DNA of 63,180 nucleotides, filler included, from Folioceros fuciformis (taxonomy: Eukaryota): the NCBI GenBank assembly GCA_049999805.1. It is 3 parts of 3 records of this genome, joined end to end, with 100 filler letters (N's around TTAATTAATTAA, not from the genome) between each part and the next. Parts side by side here need not be neighbours in the genome. Positions count along the whole stretch, not along the records: positions 46,404 to 63,180 come from JBNGIO010006356.1; 2 more parts are not named here. One strand, 5' to 3'. A model generated the notes under the pieces. The model saw only the letters and a list, made by a program, of their open reading frames with translations, did not search any database and had not been told where the DNA came from. The translations under genes were made by a program, and so were the position numbers. Below, piece after piece: positions 59,192 through 63,180 of the stretch (position 1 is its first letter; every line of letters starts with the position of its first letter).

Positions 59192-59961
59192 AGGACGGGT
59201 CTCAGGTGTAAGTTCCAGTCCAGGTCTACAGTTTGAGAGCAGTCTGTAGGGGCATCTGGTTGGTGTACATGGCTGGTCAATAGTGGAAGGCCATTTACTA
59301 GCCCATCAGGCCTCTCTGAGATGACTCGGGAAATGTATGTGGATTCCTACAGATTCAGACCAATTGGGAGTACAGCGCAGGCCAGAGGTTTGACCTGGGG
59401 CTCCCTCTGATTTTGTGCATTGCTTACCAGCTTTATGAGGGTGTGGCAGCACCAAGTTTTCTGGCCCGTGATGGAAGCTTATGCTGAAAAGACTTTTGTC
59501 GTACTGCACCGTTGTACTGTGGTATGTAAATAATGTAAGACTACCTACTGTTTGATCAGGCAGACATCAGTGTAATGGAATGACGAATCGGCACAGACAG
59601 TAAAGTCATTCAGTGCTAAAAGGCGGTTTCCTCTTTTAACATTGATTCACAATGGCAAGCAACGTGGAGCTCGCATAACCATCAGTTTTGCTGAGTTGCC
59701 GAGAGGTTGCTGCCTCAGAAACGAGAACAATCGCAGCAGAGGAGTGCAAAGGAGGGTTCCCGGGAGGACGTGGTGCACCGTCATTTGTAACAATTTCAAT
59801 TAAGACAATCCTTGGACCCAGCAAACATTGTAGTATTATTCATTGTCTAGACTTAGAAAAGCTTATTCCAACACTCAAGACAAGGCAGAAAGCACTCTTG
59901 AAAGACGTCGCTGTTGTTGTGCCCCGGTCACCCTGATCGACTGCGATCCACTGCGTGTGAA

Positions 59962-61074
59962 TCAAAAATCGAGCACGAGGTCCTTCCCGGGGATGCACCG
60001 TGATGCATCGTTCTTCTGGAGATTGGGGCCGTTGTAAGGGTACAGGGTCGTTCTCAATGCCTGAACCTGTTCCAGCCCAATGTTCAGAGCTGTTGCCAGA
60101 GCTCGATCCGGCAACCCGAACAGAGCTCCTGCTGCGGTCTGCACGCATCAAACAAACGAGAGCCGATTCAAGTGAGCCAGCAGCGGTTCTCCAACATAGA
60201 CGCTGGAGTCCTGAATGTTGAACGTCTGAGTCAGACGAGTATTTCAAAGCTGCTTACCAGTGTTCCGGGGTTTTCGCTGTTCAGAGAGGAGAGGAACTTG
60301 GCGGTTTCGGTTCCCACGTTCAGCTCGTAATGGAGCAAGCCCCGGGGAAACACCGTCACATCTCCAGGGTTCAGAATGTCGATGTGACTCACACCTGTGG
60401 ATAACCATGACAATTAAGCTTACAGTTACAATCGCTGGACAATGTGCAACACTAGTGCAAGTTACGGTAATGCTCACCTTTGGTATCCACGAAGCCTACT
60501 TGCAGAGGTCCTCCGCTTAGCAGAGTGAGCATTTCTGAGGCCCGGGGATGAGTATGCGGCAGGTTTATTCCGCAAGGCACCAGGTGAAAGCGGACGATGG
60601 TGATGCCTTGGCCCCTGACCACAATCAAGTGCAGCAGTGCTTATGTATATATGCGCACATTAGCAGGTGGAGGAGCACCTTTGTTCGAAACGTTCAGAGT
60701 CACGGACTCAAGTCTGCTTGACGCTTGCTGTCGAAAAGAACTACTTACTTCATTCCAGGGAAGATTGTGGGGTTCAATGCCGATCGCCTTCCACCTGGCC
60801 CCTGGGACACATCGCCTTTCCTCACGAAATTTCTGAACGTGAACGAATCCACGGCAGCACCGCCCCCAGTACTGTTGTTCAGGTGGGTGTGGAATCCGAC
60901 TTTGCCAGGACCGTCGAAGCTGAAGTCCAGGCTGGTGGAGTCTGCGCTGGAGACACCTAGAATGGGGAGATCCTGCACCGGGTCCGGGTCCGCTGCCCGA
61001 ACCCTGACGCCGCCCAGGCACAGCAGGCCCAGAAGCATCACCGCATACAGAAGGTGCTGCCTGGCTTTGGCCAT
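59962..61074 (-). CDS. Germin-like protein (cupin) with signal peptide, 4 exons
   Basis: Exons 61074-60749, 60614-60478, 60394-60258 and 60138-59962. Signal peptide, DPDPVQD, GINLPHTHPRASE, GDVTVFPRGLLHYELNVG, LNSENPG. Confidence 0.92.
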
Positions 61075-62310
61075 GCTGATCCTTGAAATCATTCTCTCAC
61101 CCGAAACGTCGCCCGGAATCAATCGATCAACGAGACGTTGGACTGGTGAGCAGCTCAGTTGCACGCACAGACCGGTACCCCAGTCTCAAGTGCCGAATGG
61201 AGCGAGTGGCCCCGTCCTTCAGCTGGCTCGAGCACGACTGTGTAGCCTGTAGCCCGTGTGCGATGTCTCCGTAGTGTGCAAAGCGTACGGCTGCTGCTCC
61301 CAATGCCTGTGGCCGCCACGGCTGCCCCGTTTGTACTTGTGGGTCTCGAGGGATTCCGCTACGGCGGGTGCCAGCGCCAACGAGAGGTCAACCAAGGTCG
61401 TGCAAGCAGCCAGCAGGGATCATGATCCACACGAGCCCTCCTGATCCCGCTCACGACCGAGAGGTGCATGGAAAATTCTGACTGCGGATATCGTCCTCTC
61501 ATGTCGCAGGCGCAAAAGAGAACCAGCAGCAGGAAGCCAAGCCGCGGGCGGCAATCCATGTTCAACCGACTGAAATCCCAGCAACCAAGAGTGCCAGGGT
61601 GGGGCCGGGCTGCCAATGCGACCAGGCTCCCTGCTCAAAACAGCCCGCTGCCCTCCAAGTGGCACCCTTTCCCCAATCTGCCATTTTCCAGCCTGTACCT
61701 GCAAATAGTTTCCGTGTACACGAAATTTGTCCTGTCCCTGTGACGTTGCTCTTGTTGCAGCCAGTTCCCCAAACCTCGCGCTGGGCCAAGACTTCACAAC
61801 GACGTCCAAGGGATGTGTCCCCTTCACTCATCGTCCAGAACCCTTGTTTAAGACCTTTTCATGGTACATATCCCTCTCCTCTCCACTCCTGTCCCCTTTC
61901 ATCCTGACATCGCACAACAGGACTACAGAACATCATCACCCGCTTTACTCTACTGTTGTTCCTCATGACCCGGTCGGGCACGCTAGGCAAACATCTGAGT
62001 GGATCCTCCACTCTGCCGCGGATTGCAGGGAAATGCTTCTACGCTAGCAGAGAGACGAAAAAGCACACGATTTAGGGCAGGAAAGGGAGAATTCCTGAGG
62101 CCGTCACTGGTGGAGGCACACAGCCAAAACATTCGACCACATCTCCTTCACTCCTCGTCACGTAAGACACAAAAAAGACAAGCTCGAAAGTTGTTCTCGG
62201 TCTATAACGGTACATCCTCACAATCCGGTCTCCAAAACTCGGTGTCATCGCTCAACTGGTGCAATTACCTTCAAATCACTAAGCATGTGGTGCTTGTGTT
62301 CGTTCCTCAG

Positions 62311-62929
62311 CCTTTGCAGACAGGCTAAACTTCAGGGGCATTGGAAGTCGAGCTTCCGCCCCTGCAACCTCAGTTGAAGAGAAGGAAAACGAAAGGCTCA
62401 TAAAAGAGTTTTACAATGCTCTGGGAAGAGGAGATGTTTCCACCATGCAAAGCCTCCTGCCCGCTGAAATTGACTGGTGGTTTCATGGCCCGCCAACCCA
62501 CCAACATATGAAATCTCTTCTCACGGGACAATCTAGCTTTTCCTCCTTCTCTTTCAGACCAATCGACATCTCGGTCATTCAAAACAAGGCTTTCGTAGAA
62601 GGAGCTGGTAGAGCTAGGTTTTCCTCATGGGTTCATATCTGGACTTTCAAAGGAGGTTTACTTTGTGAGCTGAGAGAATATTTTAACACAGCAATTTTGG
62701 TGTTAAGCCATGAGCCTTCTTCAACTACAGCTGGAGCTGGAGNNNNNNNNNNNNNNNNNNNNNNNNNNNNNNNNNNNNNNNNNNNNNNNNNNNNNNNNNN
62801 NNNNNNNNNNNNNNNNNNNNNNNNNNNNNNNNNNNNNNNNNNCCGCACAAAGAGCCCAAAACGTCATGGCAGAACAGTCTATCAAAGCTTAGAGATTCTT
62901 CTCTTCCAGGAATTTTGCTTACAATTTAA
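62311..62929 (+). CDS. Wound-induced WUN1/WI12 family protein (NTF2-like); 5' exon unresolved, gap inside
   Basis: FYNALGRGDVSTM..IDWWFHGPPTHQHMKSLLTG..WVHIWT..LREYFNT, and after the gap WQNSL..SLPGILLTI*. Confidence 0.88.
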
Positions 62930-63180
62930 TACGTTTCAAGTAAGTATTGATTATAGATTGACTATCAAGAACATGTTTCCACATTTCTCATTGTATTCAT
63001 CAACAAGCCTTTCTATCTCTCATTGCCATTGCCAGGTTCATTGATGATCTTTCGCTTCATTTTGACCATGTTAGGAACTACATGTAATAACCATGTGTGT
63101 TTATAGTAATGGACGCAAAGAAAAAAACTAGTAGAGATTATATCATTCCATATATAAGTGCTCCAACTAAAAAGACTGGT

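Overview
Eukaryotic, intron-containing land-plant DNA with compact genes and ~80-200 nt introns (bryophyte/lycophyte-like, inferred), broken by several N gaps. Repeats and mobile DNA: a degenerate minus-strand Ty3/Gypsy retrotransposon with a tRNA-iMet PBS and 5' LTR (1-5.6 kb), a mosaic of minisatellites (12.4-17.6 kb), a LINE RT relic, telomere-like repeats, and decayed F-box-, Myb/SANT- and OTU-like sequences. Genes: tRNA-Ala(CGC), SYS1, a DUF760 protein, a RING-H2-like ORF, a BAT1-type amino-acid permease, head-to-head TRM112 and TAF1C-like genes, a group X bHLH, a two-RRM protein with a U12-type intron, ubiquitin-fused PRP6/STA1, a germin-like protein and a WUN1/WI12 gene. The most striking unexplained element is an array of eight ~160-bp hairpins at 11.0-12.2 kb. 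It shows compensatory base changes, folds best on the minus strand and carries a conserved 21-nt 5'-U arm about 15 nt from the stem base, making it a candidate polycistronic miRNA cluster, possibly aimed at F-box motifs. All family assignments come from motif recognition by eye, not database searches.
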